This document shows, piece after piece, positions 28,331 through 38,019 of a stretch of DNA of 64,000 bases. Position 1 is the first letter of the stretch; each line of letters starts with the position of its first letter. Position numbers and translations under genes: made by a program. The notes below the pieces were generated by a model. That model saw only the letters and a list, made by a program, of their open reading frames with translations. It made no database searches and was not told the DNA's origin. Location of the stretch: positions 173,911 through 237,910 of the IMG/VR virus record IMGVR_UViG_3300028364_000014; one strand, given 5' to 3'.

Positions 28331-28831
28331 TTACATTAACCTCAGTCTTCTATCTATTTCAGGAGTTAATAAATGGAGCACATCAGATAATACACCCTTA
28401 CCTTCTGAACAGTTTATCATTTCACTATTATCAACTTTAAATAATCCTTTAGGAGCACTAATAGTATAACAGCTAGCTTCAGCTAAATTCATACATTCTA
28501 TATCAGATAACTTACTTCCAATGTACAGTAAGTCCTCAGGCTGCATATTATATCTTGGTAATATATTACTTGTTAAAATCTTACGTTTCGAATCTCTAGA
28601 TTTTACGTAGAAGAAAGGAATACTCCTTTTCTGCATAACCCCTAAAGATATATTAGGGTCGGTAGAAAGAAAAACAAAAGTAAATACCTTTTTTAACTCA
28701 TTAATAGCCTCAAAGTCCCTTTCGCAGTAATTTTTAAACAATACATTATTTAAATTATCCAAAGCTAATACACCATCAGTTATAATCCCGTCTACCTCAC
28801 TAACTATTATATCTATTTTAGTTAAATCCAT
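28331..28831 (-). CDS. KdsC/YrbI-like HAD protein with degenerate catalytic motifs
   Basis: SEVDGIITDG (canonical DxDG), YIGSKLSD (canonical GDDxxD), GKGVL. Confidence 0.7.
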   Translation of the reverse strand: MDLTKIDIIVSEVDGIITDGVLALDNLNNVLFKNYCERDFEAINELKKVFTFVFLSTDPNISLGVMQKRSIPFFYVKSRDSKRKILTSNILPRYNMQPEDLLYIGSKLSDIECMNLAEASCYTISAPKGLFKVDNSEMINCSEGKGVLSDVLHLLTPEIDRRLRLM

Positions 28832-28836
28832 TATAT

Positions 28837-29016
28837 TTAATCTCCAATATTATACTTTTCTTTAACCCTTCTAAGTTTTAAGAGTACCTCTTCTTTTTCT
28901 CTATTAATACGTGCTGAATACTCTCTTAAAACAACTCCAGCCCGTAGGCTTAATTCTTTGGTCTTTTGTAATTTTTTAAGCTGTTCATCTGTATAACCAT
29001 ATTTATTTTTGCCCAT
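28837..29016 (-). CDS. small basic hypothetical protein (59 aa, not in the ORF track)
   Basis: MGKNKYGYTDEQLKKLQK...; fills the gap exactly; GAGG upstream. Confidence 0.55.
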   Translation of the reverse strand: MGKNKYGYTDEQLKKLQKTKELSLRAGVVLREYSARINREKEEVLLKLRRVKEKYNIGD

Positions 29017-29019
29017 AGT

Positions 29020-29958
29020 TTACCTCTTCTTTATTCCTGTAGGACTAACTTCCTTCAAACGTCTACCGCATTTATTACAATTTACTCTCTTTTGAAAACC
29101 ATCAATTACTTCTTTACCACAACTACTACATACGTAATTTACTTCCAAATTTTCGTAAACCAATTGATTCATTTTTAAAAACTCTTTTTGTTCTTTTAAT
29201 TGCGTCATTAATTCTGAAATTTTAAAATCAATATCAGGGATAATAGTTGCTAGTGTTCTATCACAAAGAGACGAAGTCTCAATAGGTATAACTTTAATAT
29301 TTAAATCATAAACTTTTGAAATCATTTTTACCAACTCATATTTTGATACAGAAGATGGTGAGTAAATATGTCTTACACCGCACCAAAATAAATCATGTTT
29401 AATTATTTTTTCACATATTTTCGCAAACTGAAGACAAGTAATCCCATTCCAATAATGATTAGTAAAACCATTTACTTTTTTATTTTTGTTTGACTTTACC
29501 CATTCTAATAAAGAAAGTTTATTATTTATCTCTTCCCCTAGGATTGATGTACGTATTACAGTAGAATTAAGAGGCTCACCTAATGATTTTGACTTACCAT
29601 AGTCATCTAAAGAAGTATGATCCGAAACTTCTGTGTAACTCCCTTCTGAGCCATCAAACACACAATCTGATGTAGGATGAATTAACTTAGCTTCCCTATT
29701 GTAACAAAACTCTTGTACCTTCAAAGGAAATGCAGTATTAATTATAGAAAATTGTTGTTGACTAGTATTACCCCTCTGCGGAATCCTTCCTATACAATTT
29801 ATAACTACATCACCACTTTTAACATCCAGTTCATATAAACTATTGTCATCAGCCCTCAAAGTTTGTCTCGTTGTGCCGATGGTATTAAAGTTTTTTTTCA
29901 AATAGGTATATACATATCTTCCTAACATACCGTTTTTACCTAAAACTATAATTTTCAT
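29020..29958 (-). CDS. RmlD-like NDP-sugar 4-reductase (SDR) with C-terminal Zn ribbon
   Basis: GKNGMLG, INCIG, TSDCVFDG, YGKSK, IRTS; C-terminal CSSC...CNKC. Confidence 0.85.
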   Translation of the reverse strand: MKIIVLGKNGMLGRYVYTYLKKNFNTIGTTRQTLRADDNSLYELDVKSGDVVINCIGRIPQRGNTSQQQFSIINTAFPLKVQEFCYNREAKLIHPTSDCVFDGSEGSYTEVSDHTSLDDYGKSKSLGEPLNSTVIRTSILGEEINNKLSLLEWVKSNKNKKVNGFTNHYWNGITCLQFAKICEKIIKHDLFWCGVRHIYSPSSVSKYELVKMISKVYDLNIKVIPIETSSLCDRTLATIIPDIDFKISELMTQLKEQKEFLKMNQLVYENLEVNYVCSSCGKEVIDGFQKRVNCNKCGRRLKEVSPTGIKKR

Positions 29959-32045
29959 ACTAAAAATCCCCCATTATTAAGCAACTTCGTTAAGTATTCT
30001 TGGGACTGTACATCGTCAGAAGAAGAAAAACTATCAAAAAGCACTTTAGGTTTTGAGCTTAAATGACTATAGTCTCTACCCATATCAAGCTCTGGCAACA
30101 TAATGTAATAATCCTCATTAAACACATGTGCTCTATGCGACTCATGCTCAGAAATTAAAACCTCGTGTTTCTTTTCTCCTTCACGTAAACCTATTATATC
30201 TATTGAAGTATGTTCATTACCGTAATGATTTATTAACACTTTAGCTAAATCACCGATATAGAACCTAGGCATATTCATTACAAACGTCTCTCCACCCACA
30301 CTATTTTCTGTGGCCTGAAATAATAAAGTTATAGCCTCAGGCAGTGTAAGAAAAAATCTTGTCATGTCAGCATCTGTGACTGTTATTTTATTAAACTGTT
30401 TTATCTGATCTATAAACAAAGGTACTACACTTCCATTAGACCCAAGCACATTACCACCTCTAATGCACACGAAGTCTGTATCTTTAGATAATGTGTTGGC
30501 ATGAATGATTAATTTTTCTCCTACGGCTTTTGTGAAACCATAGGTGTTGGTTGGGGCTACAGCCTTATCTGTACTAACATCAATGACCTTCTTTATCTTA
30601 TGTTTAATAGCTGAATTTATCACATTTATTGTACCAGTTATATTAGTTTTTATAGCTTCCTGTGGCTGATTTTCACATACAGGTACATGTTTTAGGGCTG
30701 CACAATTATGTGTAGCATAACCATACACATTGTAGGTATGATCTCCAGATACACTTAAATTATATACTACGACCTTTTTCTTTTTTTTACTTACGCTTTT
30801 GACAAGATAAAAAATATAATCATCAGTTATAAAATGTTTATAACTATTGGTTGAGCCATCAACATAAAAATTTTTATTTTTATTACTACTACCTATAGAA
30901 ATTTGATAAGTTTGTTTAAGATTTTCTTTTTTAACAGTTCTTCCACCTATAATTAAATCTTTTTTCGCTCTTGGTAATTTCATAAACCCTGTAGGAATAT
31001 TAATCATGCCAAACAATAATCTTAATTGATATGCCAAATTTTCAGATACTGTAGACATTTTACCATTAGAATAACACCCATCACCACAGAAGTACCCTAG
31101 CAATAACTGTTCAATTTTATTCATATCTTTTAATTTAAAAACCCACGATGGAATTATTTTATTTTCTGCCCCTTTACCAAACTCTTCAAATTTTTTTACT
31201 ATGTCTTTACCACACACCGTAATGGTACAAGAATTGTGATTAGTGTAGTAACGACTTCCTTTTTTTCCAAAATTTTCCAATAAAATATTTTCAACATCAG
31301 TAAGATAATCATCTTCTTTACTGTTAAAAGTAAATCTAACCGCATATTTACGTAAGTCTCCTTCCGCAAGGTAATATCCGAACAACCTCATCATTGCACT
31401 GTTATATTTTGTGTCTTCAGAATTTATTCTTACCTTTGGTATCGCAATATAATCACCTTTTTGTATTTCACCTGCCTTAATCCACTCAGCGCTATCTTTT
31501 TTATAATGTTCTGGGCATTCTCCCTTTAATTTATTATTACATGCAGGAGAACACGCAGTTCTATATGATTTTGGACACTGTTTAGAAGGTTTCCATACAA
31601 AATGTGTATGATCACTTGTAGATGTTATAGGAATATTAGAAAAATAAGAAGCAACATCTACCATCTCTTCATCAATTTTACGACTTATTAAGTTTTCAAC
31701 TTTATTTAGTCGCCCATCAGATGAAAAAACATAATCATTTATTTTAACATCCTCTATATTTTTAACTTCATTTTCACAAACAACTTTAGTTTTAACTGGA
31801 AAACAATGATACACATAATCTATACCCATACTAAATAATCTATCAATAGCTTCTGCATCTCTAACATCTCCTATTATAAACTTAAGTCTATCATCATTGA
31901 ACTTTCTATCAGTAGTCACTTGAGCTAATTCCCCTCTTGACAATAATATAATCATCTTTGGATCTTTGTCAAGCAACTGCTTTGTTAATTCATGAGCCCA
32001 TGAACCTGTCCCACCTGTAATCAATATTGTTTTATCTTTAAACAT
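29955..32045 (-). CDS. UDP-GlcNAc 4,6-dehydratase (FnlA/CapE/PseB-like) with intein
   Basis: ITGGTGS, GDVRD, H|CAALKHVP, STDKAV...YG.TK, RGGNVLGSNGSVVPLF, MTRFFL, GLREGEK.HE. Confidence 0.9.
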   Translation of the reverse strand: MFKDKTILITGGTGSWAHELTKQLLDKDPKMIILLSRGELAQVTTDRKFNDDRLKFIIGDVRDAEAIDRLFSMGIDYVYHCFPVKTKVVCENEVKNIEDVKINDYVFSSDGRLNKVENLISRKIDEEMVDVASYFSNIPITSTSDHTHFVWKPSKQCPKSYRTACSPACNNKLKGECPEHYKKDSAEWIKAGEIQKGDYIAIPKVRINSEDTKYNSAMMRLFGYYLAEGDLRKYAVRFTFNSKEDDYLTDVENILLENFGKKGSRYYTNHNSCTITVCGKDIVKKFEEFGKGAENKIIPSWVFKLKDMNKIEQLLLGYFCGDGCYSNGKMSTVSENLAYQLRLLFGMINIPTGFMKLPRAKKDLIIGGRTVKKENLKQTYQISIGSSNKNKNFYVDGSTNSYKHFITDDYIFYLVKSVSKKKKKVVVYNLSVSGDHTYNVYGYATHNCAALKHVPVCENQPQEAIKTNITGTINVINSAIKHKIKKVIDVSTDKAVAPTNTYGFTKAVGEKLIIHANTLSKDTDFVCIRGGNVLGSNGSVVPLFIDQIKQFNKITVTDADMTRFFLTLPEAITLLFQATENSVGGETFVMNMPRFYIGDLAKVLINHYGNEHTSIDIIGLREGEKKHEVLISEHESHRAHVFNEDYYIMLPELDMGRDYSHLSSKPKVLFDSFSSSDDVQSQEYLTKLLNNGGFLV
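30705..31805 (-). mobile_element. intein (367 aa) with LAGLIDADG endonuclease in the dehydratase
   Basis: Starts CFPVKT; YYLAEGD and YFCGDG blocks; ends VYNLSV...YATHN followed by C. Confidence 0.9.
31945..31972 (-). promoter_or_regulatory. promoter-motif copy inside the dehydratase CDS
   Basis: aatata 31945-31950, tgtcaa 31967-31972, N16 spacing. Confidence 0.55.
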
Positions 32046-32514
32046 TGTATACTCCTACAAAATAATTATCCAAACCAGTTAAACCAGTAATTCTATTCCA
32101 TCCTATAAAATCGTCTGTAACCCAAAGAGATTTATGATGATCGTACTCATTTTTATAACACCACAACTTAGGATTATTTACATTTATTGAATTATCCGTC
32201 CACCATAATGGTGTCAATAATATAATATTTCTACATGTAATATTTTTTGCTTGTTCTAATATAATACATCCCCGCTCTTTGTCAAGGTGCTCTATAAAAT
32301 CTATCATTAATACGACATCAAAACTATTTTTCAAAAAAGGTAAATCTTTTTCTGTTAAATCTAATAAAATATCAGGATTAACCTTGTCCCAAGCATCTAA
32401 CGTAATTACTTTATTACATACTAAATCAGAAGAACGTCGCTTGTCTCCACATCCTACATCAATAACATTATCTTCCTTCTGTACATAAGCCTTAATCAAA
32501 TCATTTATATTCAT
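32038..32514 (-). CDS. class I SAM-dependent methyltransferase
   Basis: VIDVGCG, FDVV...IEHL. Confidence 0.8.
   Translation of the reverse strand: MNINDLIKAYVQKEDNVIDVGCGDKRRSSDLVCNKVITLDAWDKVNPDILLDLTEKDLPFLKNSFDVVLMIDFIEHLDKERGCIILEQAKNITCRNIILLTPLWWTDNSINVNNPKLWCYKNEYDHHKSLWVTDDFIGWNRITGLTGLDNYFVGVYNV
32258..32285 (-). promoter_or_regulatory. promoter-motif copy inside the methyltransferase CDS
   Basis: aatata 32258-32263, tgtcaa 32280-32285, N16 spacing. Confidence 0.6.
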
Positions 32515-32517
32515 AGT

Positions 32518-33315
32518 TTATTCTCCTATAAAACTATTTTTAACTTTATAATTAGATGATTTTACACACTCATCGTACAACCTTCTATTAGTAGCTTCCT
32601 TACTAGGTATAGCGTTATGCTTATGAAATTGGTGAATACAAAAAGGACTCTCTATAAATTTAATGTCCATATTCTTTTTACTAACCCTAGCAGCAAACTC
32701 AGTGTCATCGTAACCATAACCATTAGCGAACCGTTCATCAAATCCTCCTAGGTCTAGTAAGTCTTTAGTAGGTATGGATGTAAGAAAATTATAATGTGCT
32801 GGCCTATAAATAGGATGTATAAACCAAGAATTATCTTTACCCACCTCAATAGTACTTTTAGCACGTAGTTTTACAACTATATTATCCACATCTAATTTGT
32901 TCGAAGCCTCTTCACTTAATGAATAGCAACAAAATACAAGGTATTGATTATCCTTAGAATTATTGTTAACAAAAGATAAAACGTCACCAACATGTAAGCA
33001 TTCTGGTGCTTGTATTATTACTATATCCCCTCTAATTAAACTAAATCCCATGTTGAATGGTATACAAGGATTTATATGGTGCTTATCTTCAGGTTCTATT
33101 CTTACTAATTTAACGAAACTAAATTCATCAGCAAAGTCTTCTATACGTTGGGAAGGTTCACTCGCATCATCCACTATTATATATTCAAAATCCTTATATA
33201 CTGACTGCTTCATAGTTTTCAAAGTCTTTAATAAAACCTCTTTACGATTATGATAAGCAGACACTATTGATATTTTTGTCATATTAATTAAACACCTTAT
33301 ATAAAATTTTTTCAA
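32518..33315 (-). CDS. GT2-family glycosyltransferase (probable start 33282)
   Basis: ISIVSAYHNR, IVDDAS, GGFDERF..GYGYDD. Confidence 0.85.
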   Translation of the reverse strand: MKKFYIRCLINMTKISIVSAYHNRKEVLLKTLKTMKQSVYKDFEYIIVDDASEPSQRIEDFADEFSFVKLVRIEPEDKHHINPCIPFNMGFSLIRGDIVIIQAPECLHVGDVLSFVNNNSKDNQYLVFCCYSLSEEASNKLDVDNIVVKLRAKSTIEVGKDNSWFIHPIYRPAHYNFLTSIPTKDLLDLGGFDERFANGYGYDDTEFAARVSKKNMDIKFIESPFCIHQFHKHNAIPSKEATNRRLYDECVKSSNYKVKNSFIGE

Positions 33316-34190
33316 ACTGATCTACTCTATTCATTACACTGTGGTTCTCATGAACAAACCTCAGGCCCTCTTCTCTAACATCCATATTAGTTATTTGGAT
33401 TTTTTAAACACTCATCCACTACACTCAAAACATTCTCTTTTGTTATTGGTATATAATGTTTATGAGCAAGCATTCCAGATAGTTTAAAATCTTCCGTCTC
33501 TTCGGCAAATAATAAAGACCCTGTTGCAGGTATTTCAAAATATTTTGCTAGTACATACTTAAATATAGAGGCTGTGGCTATACCACAGTAGTAAGAATGT
33601 AATAAATTAGAATAAGAATCACCCTGGTATTGTGGCGGTCTGTAATCAATAGTACTATGTTTCTTATTAACTATAAACTGTCGAAAAGTATATACTTCTT
33701 TATTGAGGGACCCAGACAACAAACACTTCATTATAGGCTTTTCATTTAACTTAAAATTAATATATCTTTCATGTGGAGAAAAAAAATGCAACATAGTTTC
33801 ATTTTTTGCTAGAAATTGAGGGTACATCTGCTTAAAATACTCAGCTGTCTGCGATAGTATAATATCACACCTATTAAATACTTTTATTTTATTTACTAGA
33901 CAGTCTTTATTACCATAACATTGTAAATCTCCTGACCACATTATTAATTTTATACGCTTATTAAGTTCTAAAAGTCCAGGTATCAACCCTGGTCTATTAT
34001 GATAAGGAACTGCCCACATCAAGACCACATCAGTATCATCATCTACGTAAACCTTATTAGCAAATCTTATTTCAAAATTAAATCGTTTTTGTATTTCATA
34101 CCATAAAGGAGCCATAACACTTAGCGTACTTTTATAGTCAGGTGTCCACAAATTCTCATAGAATTTAGGAATTATTATTACACCTTTCAT
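33284..34190 (-). pseudogene. CgeB/Glyco_trans_1_2-like glycosyltransferase with apparent +1 frameshift near 33387
   Basis: KYFEIPATG motif; ORF stops at NPNN*, while the expected tail MDVREEGLRFVHENHSVMNRVDQF continues in another frame (33385-33284); real or an assembly error. Confidence 0.7.
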
Positions 34191-34191
34191 A

Positions 34192-34737
34192 TTATAACTC
34201 TCCTATTATTGTATAAAGAGAAGTTCGGTCATCTTTTACATACGGCTCTACGGTAACTTTTCCCTGACTACGTAATTCTCTAAACTCCTCTCTACTACTA
34301 GTGGTGTGTTGAAAATCTATAATATTTATTTTTCCATTACCAACTAAAATTTCTTCTATTTTAATATCATTATGACTAACCTCTATTCTATTTAAAGCAT
34401 CAAGTATGTATTCAACCTGATCCTGCCAATCAATAGGTCTTGAATGTTTATTTATCTCCATCCCCATGTAATCCATTACTATTGAATTAGTGTTAAAACT
34501 AATTACTTTAGGCACCCTATCAAAATCTTTCATCTTGTTCAACCAAAAAACTTCTTTATTAACAAAGTCATAATGGCTATACTTATCATGTATAACTTTT
34601 TTAACAAAGACAGCTTTAACTTGAGAAGTAACTTGTAAAGATGCATCAAGGTAATATATTATAGACGTATTATTAGATCGCATTACAGATGTATAACCTC
34701 CTATCATGCTGTCCGGGATCATCCAAAGATTTAGCAT
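34192..34737 (-). CDS. protein-kinase-like sugar/LPS kinase (probable start 34683)
   Basis: VFVKK, E..WL, HNDIKIEEIL, IIDF. Confidence 0.65.
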   Translation of the reverse strand: MLNLWMIPDSMIGGYTSVMRSNNTSIIYYLDASLQVTSQVKAVFVKKVIHDKYSHYDFVNKEVFWLNKMKDFDRVPKVISFNTNSIVMDYMGMEINKHSRPIDWQDQVEYILDALNRIEVSHNDIKIEEILVGNGKINIIDFQHTTSSREEFRELRSQGKVTVEPYVKDDRTSLYTIIGEL

Positions 34738-35317
34738 AAATTAAATCAACATTAGTATAAATAGTTTTTATAACTTCTAACTGAGCGTCTTGATTTTCAC
34801 CATTAAGTTCTATTAGTAGATGATTAGAAATTGATTTTATATAATTTAATACTTCTCTCCAATTTTTAATCCACATTATCATAGATAGAAAAAAACATAT
34901 ATCAATTTTTTCTGAAAGTACAAAATCACTTACGTTTGAAATGGGCCTATTGTCTAAGTCAAAGTTATAAAAATTAATATTATGTGTATCATTATAATCT
35001 CGTATAAGATTAGCAGTATTAATACAATTAAAATCTCGATCAATTCCTACACCGTAGCGTATAACTGGTGCCAGCTCATGTAACATTCCTCCAACATTGC
35101 AGCCTATATCTAACACGGTTTTATCTTTAAAATCAAATTTTACATCTACTAATCTCATTTGATTATCTCTTTGTCCCTTATACACTTCTCCCTTCAATTT
35201 CAAAGTATGGTAGCCAGCATCATATTTGGTACCACCATAAGGTTGTTTTGGGTTTTTAGCATGCATAGCCATCCTTAATACTTTTTCTTTTGTCATATCT
35301 CCTATTCTATAAGTCAT
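34673..35317 (-). CDS. class I SAM-dependent methyltransferase
   Basis: VLDIGCNVGG, GIDRD. Confidence 0.8.
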   Translation of the reverse strand: MTYRIGDMTKEKVLRMAMHAKNPKQPYGGTKYDAGYHTLKLKGEVYKGQRDNQMRLVDVKFDFKDKTVLDIGCNVGGMLHELAPVIRYGVGIDRDFNCINTANLIRDYNDTHNINFYNFDLDNRPISNVSDFVLSEKIDICFFLSMIMWIKNWREVLNYIKSISNHLLIELNGENQDAQLEVIKTIYTNVDLIYAKSLDDPGQHDRRLYICNAI

Positions 35318-36150
35318 TATATATACCCCTCCTGTTTTAATAGAGTAGTCATGCTACAATTTCTTTTAAATCCATTAGTATTAACATATTGCTTACTCTC
35401 TTTTCTTCCATTATACCAATGAACACACATAACATTATTATTTATACAACTTAAATCTACACCCCTGTAAAGCTTCTGTATCGTAACATTTGGTGGATGA
35501 ATGTTATATGGGTAATAAGTCTCAAACCTAGTACCTATAACATTACCAAACTTATATAAAGAATCTAACGTAGGGTAATGAGTATTAAGCAGACTAGCCC
35601 CAAAAACTTCATGAGTATGCGGAGGTTTAACATTTTTAACAGCTTTAATCACAGACTGCAAATATACCGTATTCTTGGCGTGTATCATGATTCCTATACT
35701 ATGCCCTCCACCTGTACCGTATATGAACGAAACAATATCAGTAACCTCTTCTATCGGGACATTACCATGGTATTCTATGTTACGAAAATGTTCCATAGGC
35801 TTTAACCAAAGAACATCAAAGTCAGACCACACACCCCCTATGGTATAAAGTATGTAATACCTAAATATATCAGACCTTAGTATACCATGAAGTGCTGATG
35901 ATATACCATAATCATCTAAATCTATAGTTACTATATTCACATAGCCTAGTTTTTTTACTTCCTGAAAATAATCTTGGCCTGTATAATCGGGAATGTACCT
36001 AGCTTTCCCTTTGTAACCTTGTTTCGCAATGTAAACATTTATTTTCCATTCAGGATTATATTTATGAAATGAAACTACAGTAAGCATCTGTAGTTTTGAC
36101 ATTGGACTTCCGTCCCAATATAAGTGTAATTCGTGAGGTATAAGATCCAT
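35317..36150 (-). CDS. DXD glycosyltransferase (GT32/Gb3-synthase/Och1-like)
   Basis: LHLYW, SDIFRY..LY..GGVWSDFD, HWYNG. Confidence 0.82.
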   Translation of the reverse strand: MDLIPHELHLYWDGSPMSKLQMLTVVSFHKYNPEWKINVYIAKQGYKGKARYIPDYTGQDYFQEVKKLGYVNIVTIDLDDYGISSALHGILRSDIFRYYILYTIGGVWSDFDVLWLKPMEHFRNIEYHGNVPIEEVTDIVSFIYGTGGGHSIGIMIHAKNTVYLQSVIKAVKNVKPPHTHEVFGASLLNTHYPTLDSLYKFGNVIGTRFETYYPYNIHPPNVTIQKLYRGVDLSCINNNVMCVHWYNGRKESKQYVNTNGFKRNCSMTTLLKQEGYI

Positions 36151-36725
36151 TATATCACTAGCTCCTCTAAAATCCCCTCTAAATCATACGTACGTTGTTC
36201 ATGCACACACTCATAAAACCCTTTTCTATCTACCTCTTCTAATTTTTGGATAAGATATGTTTCTACTCTACCACTTAATTTTTTAGAAGACTCAATCATA
36301 TGTGCAGGACGTTTATTAGTATTAAAGTCTTCCCGTTTAATAGTTTCAATAGATAATCTATCCATCATCTCACCAACACTGTATACTATATCATCACTCA
36401 TCCAGTTCTCAAGAGAAGGAATTTCTTTAGATGTTCTCACATTATGAATAAATCTATTAATATTAGCCTTAGATGCTACACGATATTCACCCACACTGCG
36501 AGCCACCCACTCCATTGCCGCGATTGATTCATAACCCTTTGTACCAGATTTTCTAATATCAATCACAACAGCATTGGCAACATAACAACGGAAATTAGCA
36601 TCGGCCAGTATATAAACGAACTCCATTATATTTTTTGTTTCTTCTGCCGAAAAATGATTACAAAAAATACCTTCTATGTGTTTAAAAAAATCTGTAAAAT
36701 CTAAATCTTCTAATATCATTATCAA
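36150..36725 (-). CDS. hypothetical protein, DUF4254-like
   Basis: GEMMDRLSIE.IK motif. Confidence 0.45.
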   Translation of the reverse strand: MIMILEDLDFTDFFKHIEGIFCNHFSAEETKNIMEFVYILADANFRCYVANAVVIDIRKSGTKGYESIAAMEWVARSVGEYRVASKANINRFIHNVRTSKEIPSLENWMSDDIVYSVGEMMDRLSIETIKREDFNTNKRPAHMIESSKKLSGRVETYLIQKLEEVDRKGFYECVHEQRTYDLEGILEELVI

Positions 36726-36734
36726 CTGCCCCCT

Positions 36735-37802
36735 TTATTTCCCTAAAAGTATGTTTATTACTGTGTCTGATACATCGTCTTTTGTATAGTCCTCGGGAGG
36801 AACCCAAAAATATGTCCTATCTTTAATAACATTAAACACATTTACTATTTGAGCAGTATCTGTGCCTACTAAAATATTAGAGCCGCACTCTATTGTTTCT
36901 TGTCTTTCTGTACTCTCTCTAATAGTAATAGAGGGTACATTAAAAAGGCAAGCTTCTTCTTGGCAGGTGCCAGAGTCAGAAATAATAACTTTTGCACTTT
37001 GTTCTAGTTTTATAAAATCAAAGAAGCCAAAAGGCTCGGACATTAATACACCATCAGCCACAGTAATCTTAAATTTATCAATTTTATCTTTAGTTCTAGG
37101 ATGCACAGAAAAAATTACTTTCATCTGCTTACTGATAATATTCAAAGCACTCACTATACCTAGTAACGACTCTTTATTGTCTACGTTCTCAGTTCTGTGT
37201 GCGGTCACAAGCACAAAATCCCTATACCCAAGACCTAGTTTATTAAGTATATCACTATTATCTATCTCATTAATATAACTCTGAATAACTTCATTAATAG
37301 GATTACCTATTTTAAACACAAAATTCTTATGGAAACCTTCAGCCAATAAGTTTTGTTTACTATTATCTGTGTATGGTAAATTGTACTTCGACACATGATC
37401 TATAATACGCCTATTAGTTTCTTCTGGAAGACGTTCATCATAGCATCTATTCCCCGCTTCCATATGATAGACAGGTATATTATATTTTTCTGCTATTATA
37501 GATAGTAAGCCAGAATTAGTGTCGCCTAACAATAATACCTTATCTGGTTTCTCTTTTAATAAAACTCGTTCAAATTGAATGATGGCACTGGATAAGAAGG
37601 TTCCAATAGAGTGCCCTTCGTTAGTAAAATAATAATCAGGCTTACGTATTTTTAGCTCATCAAAAAATTTACCACTCAAATTATAATCATAGTTCTGATT
37701 TGTGTAAATAAATATATGATCTACTACCCCATCCAACTTATTTATTAACACACTAAGGCGGATTAATTCTGGTCTTGTCCCCGCTACTGTTAAAATTTTC
37801 AT
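36735..37802 (-). CDS. non-hydrolysing UDP-HexNAc 2-epimerase (FnlC/CapG/WbjD-like)
   Basis: GTRPELIRLS, QNYDYNL, LGDTNS, HMEAGNRC, HRTENVD, SDSGT.QEE. Confidence 0.92.
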   Translation of the reverse strand: MKILTVAGTRPELIRLSVLINKLDGVVDHIFIYTNQNYDYNLSGKFFDELKIRKPDYYFTNEGHSIGTFLSSAIIQFERVLLKEKPDKVLLLGDTNSGLLSIIAEKYNIPVYHMEAGNRCYDERLPEETNRRIIDHVSKYNLPYTDNSKQNLLAEGFHKNFVFKIGNPINEVIQSYINEIDNSDILNKLGLGYRDFVLVTAHRTENVDNKESLLGIVSALNIISKQMKVIFSVHPRTKDKIDKFKITVADGVLMSEPFGFFDFIKLEQSAKVIISDSGTCQEEACLFNVPSITIRESTERQETIECGSNILVGTDTAQIVNVFNVIKDRTYFWVPPEDYTKDDVSDTVINILLGK

Positions 37803-37803
37803 A

Positions 37804-38019
37804 TTAACTCCACATATGTTCTTGGTATAAATATTCTTTTGGCATTGACAAATTCAAGCTAACATAGTTAATTTTTCCACATTTTCTACATTTTTCTATG
37901 ACCCTACATCCAGGGCAATTACCAATACCAAAACCTATTCTTTTTGTCATTTGTATTTTAATTTCCTTGTAGTCATGCCAACAGAATTTAAAAAAATTAT
38001 TAATCATTACTTTATCCAA
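37804..38019 (-). CDS. small Cys-rich hypothetical protein
   Basis: CWHDY...CPGC...CRKC. Confidence 0.5.
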   Translation of the reverse strand: MDKVMINNFFKFCWHDYKEIKIQMTKRIGFGIGNCPGCRVIEKCRKCGKINYVSLNLSMPKEYLYQEHMWS

